Shown piece after piece: positions 1 through 12,620 of a DNA stretch of 64,000 nt. Every line of letters begins with the position of its first letter. Within the stretch, counting starts at the first letter, position 1. The notes below the pieces were generated by a model, which was given only the letters and a program-made list of their open reading frames with translations, ran no database searches and was not told where the DNA came from. Origin of the DNA: Octopus sinensis (lineage: Eukaryota); assembly GCF_006345805.1 (NCBI RefSeq), contig NC_043004.1, forward strand, positions 87,048,001-87,112,000, given 5' to 3'. A program made the translations under genes and the position numbers.

Positions 1-564
1 AATTGTCCTATAGAGGTGGGAAAAGCTTAAAAATATGAAATACATTTTTATGAAAAATATTGGCAATATATATTTGGAAGCCATAATTGTATTTTTATGT
101 CCTATTTCAATTATACCAATGAAATATATTGAATGTACCACTTAAACAACTATGATAACTATATTAATTTTCAACAATGTTTCCACTTGGATCTTTTTTT
201 AACAGTTAATATTTGAAAATTAATCATATAGCTGCTGAAAATGCTTTAATTAAAAAAGTGTCAATAAATATCATACTGAAGATGTAAAATATCTCTCAAA
301 TATTGATTGCTTTAATAAAAAAATAACCCTGAATCACACGTTACAAAACTACCTTATAAATTAGAGACGATGCTGACTTTGGTCTACATGGTCGTATAAT
401 TGTTTCTTTTAGCAGAACTTTTTTTTATTCATGAAAATTTATTTGGAATGAATTTTCAAATACCTATGATATATTTGACTTTGTGTCAAATCTTCTTTCT
501 AGCCACACAATGTAAACCACATCTTATTTCTGTCTTTGAGGAAAAAAAAAATCATTTATCTATA

Positions 565-985
565 GGCACAGGCATGGCTGTGTAGGAAGAAATTTACTTC
601 CCAACCGTATTGTTCTGGGTTCAATCCCACTGTGTGGCACCTTGGGCAAGTGTCTTCTCCTATAGCCTCAGGTCAACCTAAGCCTTGTGAGAAGATTTGG
701 TAAATGGAAACTGAAAGAACCCCTTCATATATACATATATATGTGTATGTGTATCTCTTGGTGTCTGTGTTTGTTGCCCACCACTGCTTGACAACTGGTG
801 TTGGTGTGTTTATGTCCCTGTAACTTAGCAGTTTAGCAAAAAGAGACCAATATAATAAGCACCAGGTTTAACAAAAAAATGAGTTCTGGGGTCGATTCAT
901 TCAACTAAAAATTCTTCAGGGCAGTAGCCAGCATGACCACAGTCTAATGACTGAAACAAGTAAAAAGTAGAAAAAAAAAAAAAAG
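565..985 (+). mobile_element. tRNA-derived SINE, type A (head + TA/TG microsatellite + GACTGAAACAAGTAAAAG tail)
   Basis: A-box-like TGGCTGTGTAGG and B-box GGTTCAATCCC, then ACCTTGGGCAAGTGTCTT core; the same architecture recurs >10 times in the window. Confidence 0.85.
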
Positions 986-1518
986 ATACAACCTATCTCT
1001 GCAGTCCATGTTATACTCTGTTGTATTCTGCATTCACTTTGAAAGGTGTTTGCACACAGGTAGAATCCACTCTTTCCACCAATTGCCTCTCTTAGAAATG
1101 TGTCAATAAAAAAGACATTTAGTTACTTTGCTTCAATCATTTTCCTCATTCCTCTAAATTCATCGGCTGTACCTACAATTCTTCAAACAATTTCTACTCT
1201 GGTGCAGTTATTTGTACCTTGTCTCAGACTGAGAACATCTATCTGAAATCCTCCTTAGTAACTTCAATGCAAGCAAATTTTCCTGGCTCTTTTATTCTAC
1301 CAGTCTGACACTACTAGTCCATGGCTGAATCATTTGCTATTCTTTACTATCTACACCAGTTAGTACCATTACCTACTCATATCTGTGTCTGATATGTTTT
1401 CTTATCTCCAAACTAAAACTTTGCCTAGCAATGTCTTTATACCCGAAGGACCATTTGACAGATGCTTAATCAATGTAATATATTTCACATGTTCCTACTG
1501 TGCAATACACCCTGCTCC

Positions 1519-1733
1519 TTAACCCTAAGCATTAGATTACTCAGTCAAATGTGATGCATATTTATTCATCTTGTTTTGAATTAATCATGCATAATTTTGT
1601 AACTTCAAGATTTCGATGAGGTGATTGTTTATTTTTAGAATGACATTGCAGAGTAGGTATGAGAGTCTGAATCTGGCTAGTTTGAACATAAAACAGGTAG
1701 AATATTTGGGTCAGATATGGCTGGCTTAAATAT
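1519..1733 (+). mobile_element. piggyBac-like MITE (TTAA-CCCTTTAGCATT ends), right end decayed
   Basis: Homologous to the copies at 23613-23838 and 51799-52022; begins TTAACCCTAAGCATT. Confidence 0.7.
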
Positions 1734-1859
1734 TGTGGTAATTCAAGTTGGCTAACTAGTTGAAGGTCTATGTCAACTACTCTGGCTGAAAATATATTTC
1801 ACTCCTGACCCTCTCAAGACAGTTTAGTGAGTGACTGAAACCACCCTCTTAGATATGTA

Positions 1860-2200
1860 CATTTACATCCTTCATCCAAGTGAACTTCACAACCTCCCAA
1901 GTAGTTCATTCGCAGCTGTGCTGTTGCAGTTTGGGTGATAAAAACAGCTTTCAGTAACCTTGGGAAAGTGACACACTCACACCAACTGGAAATCATTTAC
2001 CAACCATTGCAACACTTGCAAAATAACCACCACGAAAGCAAAACAAGCCTTTGTGTATGGTACAATCTACAAGTAAGTCTACAAGGGCTTTCACTCCATT
2101 CTCAAATTACAAAGAAGCTTTCCAGTGCTTTGCTAAGATAGTTTTCACAAACCTTAGAGAATCCTAGTAGTGCTCCTGCTGACAAAGCTATTATATTCGA
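1860..2200 (+). pseudogene. Possible very old RTE reverse transcriptase fragment
   Basis: Weak similarity only: GLSLHSQITKKLSSALLR resembles RTE YRGISLLSxxGKLFARxLL. Confidence 0.3.
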
Positions 2201-2289
2201 TATCTGATTTGCTTCCAACTTCATACTGTACTCACACAAAACTCCTCATAAATTATTCCTTTTGAAATTATAACAATAGACCTATTATC

Positions 2290-2800
2290 ACCACTATATT
2301 TCTGTCTTTTCTGTAAAGTTCAGAAAAGCTTGGAAACTAGTAAAAATCTCTTCAGCTCAAGTTATGTTTGAATAGAATATTTCAAACAAATGTACATAAA
2401 ATTCAGTTTATCTCCATGTAGCTGAAAATTAATTTGATTAAACTTCAAGTTGACTCATTTGAAAATATCTTTGCTTTCAAAGAATTCAAAACTGTCCTCA
2501 AAAAGACAATGAAAATGACTTGGACAGGTGCCCTTTGACAATCAGTGAACTTCAGTGTAAAGCCGCAAGCAAATTCTTCATTGTCCAAATAATCTGTCAT
2601 TGAGAGAATTTCTTCTAGTTTTGGTAATTACTCTACTGACCTGTTGCAACGAGTGTTGTAAATGATCATCAATATTTTCTGCAACTAAATGTTATTGAAG
2701 TTTCGTGCTTTGTTAATGTATCTGGCACTGATATTTTCATTGCATAATGAATTCATGGTGGCAGCCACCACCAATGGATTTTTCTCAGTTAAAGTTGTCA
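2290..2800 (-). pseudogene. hAT (Buster/Charlie, SCAND3/ZBED5-like) transposase remnant, central part
   Basis: Minus strand gives HLVAENIDDHLQHSLQ..NSLNDRLFGQ, NEEF..LRLYTEVH*LSKG (consensus LLLHTEVRWLSKG) and FQLHGDKLN; stops and frameshifts present. Confidence 0.75.
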
Positions 2801-2971
2801 TTATGTATGTAAAAGGAATGGTGCAGACATGACTGTGTGGTAAAGAAGTTTTGTTTTCCAACCACATGTTTTTGGGTTCAGTCCCACTATGTAGTACATT
2901 GGGCAAGTATCATTCAAAGCTTTGTAAATGGATTTAGTAGACAGAAACTGAAAGAAGCTTGTTGAATAGCC

Positions 2972-3445
2972 TCGCGTCCGTTGCCAGCCTCGGCTGGCCC
3001 CCGTGCCGGTGACACGTAAAAGCACCATCCGTTCGTGGCCGTTTGCCAGCTCTGTCTGGCCCCGTGTCGGTGGCACGTAAAAGCACCATCCGTCCGTGTC
3101 CGTTGCCAGCCTCGGCTGGCCCCCGTGCCGGTGACACGTAAAAGCACTGTCCGCTCGTGGCCGTTTGCCAGCTCTGTCTGGCAACCGTGTCGGTGGCACG
3201 TAAAAGCACCATCCGTTCGCGTCCGTTGCCAGCCTCGGCTGGCCCCCGTGCCGGTGACACGTAAAAGCACCGTCCGTTCGTGGCCGGTTGCCAGCTCTGT
3301 CTGGCCCCGTGTCGGTGGCACGTAAAAGCACCATCCGTTCGTGTCCGTTGCCAGCATCGCCTGGCCCCGTGCCGGTGACACGTAAAAGCACCATCCGTTC
3401 GTGGCCGTTCGCCAGCTCTGTCTGGCACCTGTGCAGGTGGCACGT
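2972..3445 (+). repeat. GC-rich minisatellite, 8 units of ~61 bp arranged as four AB dimers, in an RTE 3' UTR
   Basis: CACGTAAAAGCACC recurs with ~61-bp period; A and B unit variants strictly alternate. Confidence 0.95.
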
Positions 3446-3625
3446 AAAAAACACCCACTACACTCGCGGAGTGGTTGGCGTTAGGAAGGGCATCCAGCCG
3501 TAGAAACACTGCCAGATCTGACTGGGCCTGACGAAGCCTTCCAGCTTCACAGACCCCAGTTGACCCGTCCAACCCATGCTAGCATGGAAAACGGACGCTA
3601 AACGATGATGATGATGATGATGATG
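2972..3625 (+). mobile_element. 5'-truncated RTE-clade LINE 3' end with (GAT)n tail
   Basis: GGTTGGCGTTAGGAAGGGCATCCAGCCGTAGAAAC..CCAACCCATGCTAGCATGGAAA..(GAT)n is the same terminus that follows RTE ORF2 at 45070-46280; CpGs retained, so young. Confidence 0.85.
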
Positions 3626-3929
3626 ATATATATGTGTGTGTGTGTGTATGTGTGCTTGGTGGTTGGGTATTGGTCTCCTTGTCTTGACATTGTGATGCGA
3701 TTGTTGCAAATGAGCATCATTGTCATTCAAGCAGTATCCTTCATTTCCAATCTTCTGTGAAGCCATGGGGGAAATATTGCTTTGCTTAGAAACAAGTGAA
3801 GGTTGGTGATAGGAAAGGCATCCAGCTTTAGAAAATCTGCCTCATTGAATTCTGTCCACTCCATGCAATCTTGGAAAAGTGACAGTTAAAACAATGATGA
3901 TGAGCATTCTTTTCTTTAAAGAAATCACC

Positions 3930-4560
3930 CTTAAGAAAAACTGACTTTCTTTTATAACTTGTATTATTTTCCTTTCTAAACTGAATGTAAGTTAACATTG
4001 AAGCTCCATTGCTTGGTACAATTGATCCTTCTGGCCATAACAAAAATTGAGCAGTCCTCAAAAAATTGTGTAACATTTTCTTGCATATCCTTTCCTATTT
4101 CATCAATTTGTCTTTGTATTATTGTTCAAAAGAATTTTATTGTTTACATTAATCACTAGCTTGTGCTATAAGGTTTGTAGAATTTTGTTAACCACTAGTA
4201 GCATCAATTCATTGCCTATAGCTTTCTGGGTTTGGCATCAACAATGAAATTTTGTAAGAGATACAAGTCCATCATTTTCTTGATTTTCTTGCACTGGTGG
4301 CAACATTGGTTGTTTGCAAAATTTATTTTAAAGTGCATTAAAATACATTAAATCCCTTTTATATCTTGTCAGCTGATTAAATTGCTCTGAATCTTGTCAG
4401 CATGATTTTTTTTTCAAGTGTGATAATCTTGAATGTTACATTGTCTTTTGGAAACATTTTTTGATTAATTAGATTCTTTGGTAGTAGTGTGTTTGTAGAT
4501 GATGGAATAAAATTATGATCCACTGTTTCCTCTTCTGTCAAAGTTGTATCCAGAGTCAGA
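3930..4560 (-). pseudogene. hAT (Buster/Charlie-type) transposase remnant, N-terminal part of the 2290-2800 element
   Basis: NFIPSSTNTLLP, KAIGNELMLLVVNKILQTL*HK and LLNNNT/QRQIDEIGKDM match GFIPS..LP, HTIGEELILPA and LSNNTVQRRIDEM of SCAND3/ZBED5-type transposases. Confidence 0.75.
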
Positions 4561-5711
4561 TTAAGACCTATAGAGGCTCTAAGCACTTTTGGTACCCTCA
4601 ATATATATGTATGTCATTCAAAATATAAATAATAATAAGCCATAAAATAAATTTTTATTTTCATGTGTATTTTTGTATACTTCCACTTCATTTATATTTG
4701 AAAAGTTTTCTATTTTTAATTGCAAAGCCTTTGATCATATCCTCAAAATTAATCTTATGTAACACATTAACTTCTATACTTAGTAAAGATAAGGTGTCCT
4801 GAATATTACTTTAGCAAGTTTAAAGTGATTTCTTTTGTACCATAAACCATTTACCATTTCTATAATGTTCCCCACCATCTCTTGTTGCCCTAAGCATGTG
4901 CTTATTTTGTTTGAAGGTTAATCTCGTGCTGGTTGTATCTATGAAAAATATTTAGGTATATGTGTGTCATGCAAGCATGAAAAAGTACATGTTAAAGCAA
5001 TGATGATGATGATGTATTGTATTTAGATACTATTCATTAAACAAGATCAGTGTAGACTTCAATTTTATGGGCAACTACTAAATTGTATTCTTGCCCCTCT
5101 CACTAACTTTTAACATCTAATGCCACCCTCCCACTCCTGTCCACATTTCTTCCTGTATTCCTCTTGAGTCTTCTAGCTCCCCAAAGGGAGCATTAGTATC
5201 CTATTTTTGGAATCATTGAGGTATATAAAAAAAATATAAATAATCGTTCATTGAACATGGCAGATTTGACCTTTACTGAGTAGCTAGTGTTTCATTCAAA
5301 TATGCCCTGCAGCTTGTCAGTTATTATAACACTGACTATAAGAACATTATTATTATTATTAATATATTTGACAAATAAAAACCCTTTTCTTGTGAACTAC
5401 ATAATGATTGTAGCTCACTCACCAATGTAGTTTGAAAATTTATTGAATACCTATACTTCTATAGAAAATAAATGAAAACTAACTTTGGTAATGCATTTTA
5501 AAAACTGTTCCAAATCTTTATCAATGTGTATATGGGGGTTTGAATATTTTTGTGGTGATGGCAAAGTGTGTTGCAGTGATAACTAAATGATTTCTTGTGT
5601 TTAGCTTTTTTCCTCAAGTTTGTAAGTTTAAATCATGCCAGGATTATCTTTTACTTCCATCCTTCTGAGGTTGCTGAATTAGTGACAGCAGTCAGTACAC
5701 TGTTTCAGTCA

Positions 5712-6095
5712 ATATCTCTTTTACTCTCTTTCACTTGTTTCAGTCATTTGACTGTGGCCATGCTGGAGCACCACCTTTAGTCGAGCAAATCGACCCCAGG
5801 ACTTATTCTTTGTAAGCCTAGCACTTATTCTATCGGTCTTTTTGCCAAACCGCTAAGTTACGGGTATGTAAACACACCACCATCGGTTGTTAAGTGATGT
5901 TGGGAGGACAAACATATACACACACATATATACATATATACGACAGGCTTCTTTAAGTTTCTGTCTACCAAATCCACTCACAAGGCTTTGGTCGGCCCGT
6001 GGCTATAGTAGAAGACACTTGCCCAAGGTGTCACGCAGTGGGAATGATCCCAGAACCATGTGGTTGGTAAGCAAGCTACTTATCACACAGCCACT
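5712..6095 (-). mobile_element. SINE type A
   Basis: Reverse-complement match to 565-985 over the full length. Confidence 0.85.
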
Positions 6096-6194
6096 ATCTT
6101 GTACTTCTTAGTAAAAATCTCTTTTGCGCTTAGTCTTGATAAATAAGTTTTCTTCAACAATATAATGGTAAATGGTATAGTTCTTCATTGTCTT

Positions 6195-6590
6195 AACATT
6201 CATTTTTCCATACTTCAATGGGTCAGACAGAATTTGCTGAGGCAGATTCTTCTATTGCTGGATGCCTTTCCTGCCACCAACTTTCATGTTTCCAAGCAGT
6301 GTAATACTTTCGAATGGCTGGATATGTTTTCATGGAAGATTACGAATAAAGGACATTGTTTATATGGTAGTAATGCAGGTTTATAACTATTGCATGATGT
6401 CAAAACAAGGTGGTATGGACATACACATGCATACCACATGCTTCTTTTAGTTTCCACCTATCAAATCCACTCACAAAGCTTTGGTTGGCCTGGAGCCATA
6501 GTAGACGGCACTTGCTCAAAGTGCTACACAATGGGACTGAACTCAAAACCACATGGTTGGGAAGCAAAATTTTTGAACTGTGCATCCATA
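6195..6590 (-). mobile_element. SINE type B
   Basis: Type B body plus shared head, reverse orientation. Confidence 0.7.
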
Positions 6591-7243
6591 GTGCAGATGT
6601 AAACATCTGCAACATGGTTTTGATTGCTTCTTGAGACCATTTCCGTTCCCTTAGGTAACTAATTCTCTTGAGAAAGATATAAATGAATATTTTACCTGAA
6701 GTAGCTTTTTTGCTTTTGTGTAAGAGATAAATCAATAATCTTTATAAGCTGAGAAGATATTTTTAAGAAGATATTTTTAAAGTAAAATTCTTTGAGTAAT
6801 GCAGTTTCTAAATTAGGTGTTGACATTCTGAACTGTCTTATTTTAAGAGTGCTACAAATGAACCACTTCCATAACATGCAACGGAAAAGTTTATTTTTTC
6901 TTTTTGTTTTACCAAGATTTGTAAAGCCTAGCTTTTAGTTGTGTGTACATATGTATATTTATAGGGTATACTAAATCTATAAAAGGAATATATATATAAA
7001 TGTACATTTCTTATGAAATGCATTATGAAGAGTTAGACTCTGCAGAATATTAAGTCTTTGTCCTACTTCTGTTGCTTTTGCAAGTTAACCAAGACACTGA
7101 ACTAAAATAAAATTGCCTCATCTCCTACCTCACTGATATTTACACCACCACTACAATCACCAAATGGTTCAGCAGAAGTGTATCATTCATTTTTATTTTT
7201 GCTCATACATTCATGATTATATGCCCAGGTCTGTAATCTCCAT

Positions 7244-7705
7244 ATGAGTCTGAACATCCTAAAGGTAGCTGTATTTTTCTCAAACATGAAGATGAATCTA
7301 TTGTATGCATGTGAAACCAGGCAGAATGCAAAATTTTCCAACAAGCTCCATACATTTGTGAATAGATGTCTTGAACATCCTTTGGGTGAGATGACAAGAC
7401 AGATGCACAAGCAGCCTTGTGGGAACAGGCAAATGAGCAACCTATTGAAACCCAGAGCAAGAGGGAGAAATTGGGTTGGTTGGGACACACCCTAAAGAAA
7501 CCTGTTTCCAACATTACAAGGCAAGCTCTGGACTCCCTGAGGGAGACAGAAGTATGGCAGACCAAAAACATGGAGAAGGTCTACAGAAACTGAAGCACTG
7601 CTAGGTAGTTACACTTGGGGACAACTGCAATCCCTTGCCAAAAATTGAGATACATGGATATCTCTTGTTGGTTTCCTCTTCTCATATGGAGTCAAAGGAA
7701 TTAAA
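7244..7705 (+). pseudogene. RTE-clade LINE ORF2 C-terminal fragment
   Basis: FFSNMKMNLLYACET..SNKLHTFVNRCL, GWLGHTLKKPVSNITRQAL, TWRRSTETE, YTWGQLQSLA; frameshifted. Confidence 0.8.
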
Positions 7706-8594
7706 GAATGAATAATTAATTGTGATCATTTCTTAAGAATAAGAAAAATTGTTTAGATTAATATCGTTAATGTTGAGTTTCAATTGCTCCATGTTATTGG
7801 TAAGAAAAAATAATAAACATTGGCAAAAAAATTCCAGAGAGAAATAAAATTCCAAGGAAGACAGATCAAGCAAAATGGTTAGTGGTTAATCTAAGGGTTG
7901 ATGCACAACAGAAAATGAAAAGGATAAGAGGTGAATGTGATCAGATTAAAGGTGATATACACTCAATAAATACAGCATTGTTATAGCAGATGATGAAATA
8001 GTGCTTCAGTAAGCATGTAGTTGTTAAAAAGTTTGTTATGTGGATTGTCAAGTTTTGGATATAGATGAGAATGTGGCTCAACGTTAAAGTATTTTCTGGT
8101 TTCAAAGATGAAAGTAATACTTTGTGATGTATTGTAGGTTATGGAAAATCTTTATCAAAGTACCAAAACCTCATTGGTAATGGCTTTATATATAAATACA
8201 TACTCATATCTATATGTATTTACTCTTGCTTTAAAAGTAGGCCCATGGGACCCTTTTGGGCAACTTTAGGGAAATATCAAATTGACCAATTTTATTATTT
8301 AATAACTCATCAGGATTTGTTTGTTCTTCATTCCCAAACTGTTGATAATAGATGAAAGCTACTTATTAGTATGCAAATTAGTGCCTAGGTGCTCACTCAT
8401 TTGCATAATAATGTTAGTGGCCAGACAGTAATTATGTCAGAACAGTAATGGTTTATGAATAAATAAATATCCATACAAATTTAGTCATGCAATCCACAAT
8501 GTCGTAGTTATTGTCTAGACCTCAATTTGAGCCATTTGTTATACAAATGATTTTGTGTCTAGACATGTACTTGCTTACATTTTACTTGCTTCAG

Positions 8595-8624
8595 CTACTA
8601 TCATTGGCAATTTGGCAAGGAAAG
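8595..8624 (+). other. Candidate 30-nt host exon
   Basis: Strong acceptor TTACATTTTACTTGCTTCAG and donor AAG/GTAAAT; open in all 3 frames; product unidentified. Confidence 0.3.
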
Positions 8625-9329
8625 GTAAATAATTCCTAGTTGATTGTCAAACATCTGGTCAACTCAACTCAAGCTACTGAAAAGTCTCTTGTGGCCTAAT
8701 TTTACTGAGTCTAATTCTGTATGGATATAATTTTATGTTTATTTATGGAAAACAGGCTATCTTGAGAGATCATTTGATTGTAAAGTCAACCCGTTTTTAA
8801 TAGTGTAAAAAGTTTATTTTCTGTGCTTATCTTGAGTAGTGATATAATAAAAGTGGAGGTGGCTAATATTTGAGTAGTGATAGTTTTGAATGAGATTTTG
8901 TAGTTAATTTGTCATTGTAATATGCTTTCATGAATAATATATATACTTAATGGAATGTGTTGAAGTTACACAAGAATATAGACAGAAACTAAGATAGGAC
9001 TGCATGATGATGTCATCATTTCTGGGAGTATTGCTAAAAGTGACATTTAGTATTTTATACTATCAAATCTTATTGCACTGTCTGTATATCTATTGTATGT
9101 ACTGACTACACAATACTAAGGTATTGCTTACTCTCTTCTTGTTTGGAGAGCAAGGCCATTTCTCTGTAATTGTGCTTGTGGTGACACTTTCAGCTAACAT
9201 CGTCTTTATACTGATTGAATGATTTAAGTCTACTTTTTAAAGTTTCAATCTTCTACAGATTTCTATCATCTCATTTTCTACTGAAAGTCAACACACCAAA
9301 CTTTCCATAGACCTTTAGTGCTAAAATGA

Positions 9330-9700
9330 AGAGAAGGTTAAGGACCTCCCTATACTATAAATTTCTCATTGATTATATTTTTAGCCCCTTATACATGGAT
9401 TGAATAGCTTTCCTGATCACTTCATCTACATAGTTTATTTATTGCTCCAACAGGAACACAAAGCATGAAATCCTATCAATGGACTTTGTTTAGATTAACA
9501 AATACAAGATTCAGTTCTTTGCTCAAGAAATTATTTTGCAGTCAGTACAAAATTTGCGATAAATGCCTTTCTATATCAATCTGTCAGCATGAGACCCTTA
9601 GAATTTCCTCTCCTTGACTGTTTATAATAGTTGACTTCAGTGTTGTTATGACACAATCTGATTAACTAAGAGATAAGTGTCCTACAATGCTTCCAGTACT
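9330..9700 (-). pseudogene. Old RTE reverse transcriptase remnant
   Basis: QNNFLSKELNLVFVNLNK and DEVIRKAIQSMYKG resemble QEKYLAKNKPLYLAFVDLEKAFD and DEWLVRAVQAMY. Confidence 0.45.
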
Positions 9701-10289
9701 CTAACCACAATCCACAAAGATTTTGCAGCCTATGTCTACCATCATACACTTAATTATATTACTTTCTTTCTCCTGTGTGATTGCTACAGCTGACCAGTTT
9801 GTTATGCCAGTTGTATGTTGGTTCATCCTATCCAATCTTATTTCATGTCCACTGGTACTTCTACATGCTTTCTTTTCTGTATGAACTGAAAGCAGATGTA
9901 CTATTGCTATTTTGAACACACATCTCTCTTCTGATGCAAATGCTTTTTATTGCAAATTTATTAATCCATGTGTGTTTTATGTATTTGAAATAATAGATTT
10001 TCAACATAAATAGCATATCGATTTCTTTCTTAGGCATGTGACCAATTTTGTGAAGGGTGAGGGAATTGCGTTATGTCCACTAAAATACCGAGGCTTATTT
10101 CTTGACCTGAAGGTATGTACAGCAAAGTTGACATTAGGGATATTTGACCTCAAAATTGTGAGTATCTAAGTAGGTGACATTAAGCATATAATTTGGCACT
10201 ATCTTATGTTTTATGAAAAGGAGATTTAAGCATTATTTTAAAATTTTTATCCAAACTGGAAGAACAGTGCTAAAGATATTATGGCTGGG

Positions 10290-10690
10290 TTCCAACCTGG
10301 GCTGCAGCAACATGTCCACTTGCCACGCTTCTCAGTCCCTCATCACTGCCTTGAGGTCCTGGATGCATTCCAGGCCAGTGTCTGCAATCAAGTTGTCAAT
10401 GTACCATGAAGTGCATTCCACATGACTAACTTGGATGCTTCAAGTTCAGGGTGGTGCATGCAGTGACCAGATAGTCTCTGCCATCTTTGCCTGATTTTCT
10501 TGCTAACTTTTGGAAGGTCTTCATAAAGGCATCCATTTGTCATATGTTGCATTTAGGGCCATTCATAGCATCCTTGTGTAACATCCATTTAGCACATTTG
10601 ATAATTTCTTTGTCAGTGTCCATGTTTCACTGCCATATAATAGCACTGATGTGACATTGCTATTAAGATACTTTTCAGATTTAATTAGAC
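10290..10690 (-). pseudogene. RTE/RTEX-type LINE ORF2 C-terminal fragment (second family)
   Basis: SNVTSVLLYGSETWTLTKKLSNVLNGCYTRML..DLPKVSKKIRQRWQRLSGHCMHHPELEASKLVMW. Confidence 0.8.
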
Positions 10691-11353
10691 TGGTGGGGTC
10701 CTTGTTGTTGACTTTTAGTTTGGATTTCTGCAGGTTAATATGTAGAGAGTGAATTCCAAATGGTTAAAGTTCTGGGGAGGAAGTTTGGGGTGAAATGTTT
10801 GGTGCATGGTTTTGGTAACAGCAAAATAGAACCATAGACTAAGTACCAAATTTTATAAATAAATACAGGAATCAATTTGTTTAAATAAACTTTTCAAGGC
10901 AGTATCCCAGTATGGTCACAGTCCAATGATTGAAACAATAAAATATGGTTAAGAGAAATGATCATAAAGACCTATCCTTCATTATGTTTTAAATGAGTTT
11001 ATGAATAGGCTGGATTAAGTTTTGTGTGATGTATATATGTGTGTAGTGACTTTGTTTTTGATCTGTTCAAAGTGATTAAGCTCCCATGTCCTTTTGCCTT
11101 AGGAACTATATCTGTGTACAAAAGTGTGTATCCAAGGAATGATATTTGATAGTCAAATATGGTACAAAATAGCATTCTGTATATCTTACTTAACATGGAT
11201 ATACTCCAGAAAGCAACACAACTACAGTATTTGTCTTGAGAAAACATCTTGTATAGACATATAGTGTTAAAAATCACAGAATATCAGTGCTTTTTATGTG
11301 GCTTTCTGGAGTATATCCACATTGAATAGGACATACAGAATACTATTTTGAAA

Positions 11354-12620
11354 TATTGGGTTGACAGGAAAGTAGTTTTGTTTTTCACAAATTGTTACAA
11401 TTTTTTTTAACGGCTTTTATTGATGTTATGATTTTTTTCCTTTTGACATTTGATAGCCGTTACTTTTAGCTTACTTTAGAAACAAATTGGGTGCAATTTT
11501 GTTTTCTGCTGTTAATTCAGTGTCAATTTTAACATGGAGTGCAAAAACGAACATTTCCGCCATTTTTTTTTTTCCTAAAGGCAAGAAAGCTGCTGAGGCT
11601 TACAAAGAAACATGTGAAGTTTATGGTGTTGATTGCTTAACAGAACACACATGTCAGAAATGGTTTTAAAAATTTTGTTCTGGAGATTTTTCACTCAAAG
11701 ATGACCAACGTTCTGGTTGACCTACAGAAGTTGATGATGACCGAATCAATTGAATCTGTTATATAACTGTATGAGAGATTGCAGAGAGGTTAATTGTATC
11801 ACACACAACAATTGAAAATCACTTAAAATGTCTTGGATTCCTTAAGAAGCTCGATATTTGGGTTCCACATAAATTGAATGAGATTCACTTAACATAACAA
11901 ATCAATATTTGCAATATACATCTCAAACACAACCTGTTTTTGAAATGAATCCTTACTGGTGATGAGAAATGGATTGTCTCCAATAACATCAATCGAAAAC
12001 AATCGTGGTCCAAGCATAATAAACCAGCACAAACCACATTGAAAGATGAATAGCATAAAAAATATGGTCATACTGTCAAATTGGTGAGATTACAAAAGTG
12101 TTGTGTATTTTGAGCTGCTTCCAAGGAATCAAACGATCAATTCAGATGTTTACTGTCAACAACTAATGAAACATGAGGGAAGCAATCAAAGAAAAACAGC
12201 CAGAATTGGCAAATCATAAAGGAATTGTCTTCCACCATGACAATGCTAGACCAGACACATGTCTTTGCTAACTCATGAAAAATTATTGGAGCTTGGTTTG
12301 GAAGTGATGTCACATCCACCATAAAGCCCTGACCCTGCACCATCAGATTACCATTTATTTTGAAGTTTGCAAAATTCTTTGAATTCCTTGAACTTTCAAT
12401 AATAATGATGACCTGAAATCACACTTGCTTCAGTTTTTGGCTGATAAGGACCAGAAGTTCTATGAGCGCAGAATCATGAAGTTACCAGAAAAATGGCAAA
12501 TGGTCATTGAACAAAATGGAAAATATATTATTGATTAAAGTTCATTCTTTGTATGAAAAAAAAAACAACTTTTATTTCATACTAAAAAACCGAAATTACT
12601 TTCTTGCCAACCCAAAAATA
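11354..12620 (+). mobile_element. Full-length inactive mariner (DD34D) transposon
   Basis: TIRs TA-TTGGGTTGACAGGAAAGTAG and TTACTTTCTTGCCAACCCAA; decayed ORF 11534-12538 with MECKNEHFRH, WVPH, TGDEKW, FHHDNARP and HPP*SPDPAPSDYHLF; many stops and frameshifts. Confidence 0.92.

Larger units (their letters stand above)
2820..3905 (+). mobile_element. tRNA-derived SINE type B (head 2820-2965, body 3630-3905), split by an RTE 3' insertion
   Basis: Head as in type A; body ends GGAAAGGCATCCAGC..CCATGCAA..GGAAAAGTG..(GAT)n and matches the copies at 6195, 22590, 49380 and 52318. Confidence 0.75.

Noticed and set aside
565-640. tRNA gene
   Set aside because: A/B boxes belong to SINE heads; no complete cloverleaf found here or in the other copies.
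2972-3445. CRISPR-like regular array and long ORFs (217, 212, 155 aa)
   Set aside because: No unique spacers; the whole unit repeats. The ORFs result from a stop-poor GC-rich repeat inside a LINE 3' UTR.
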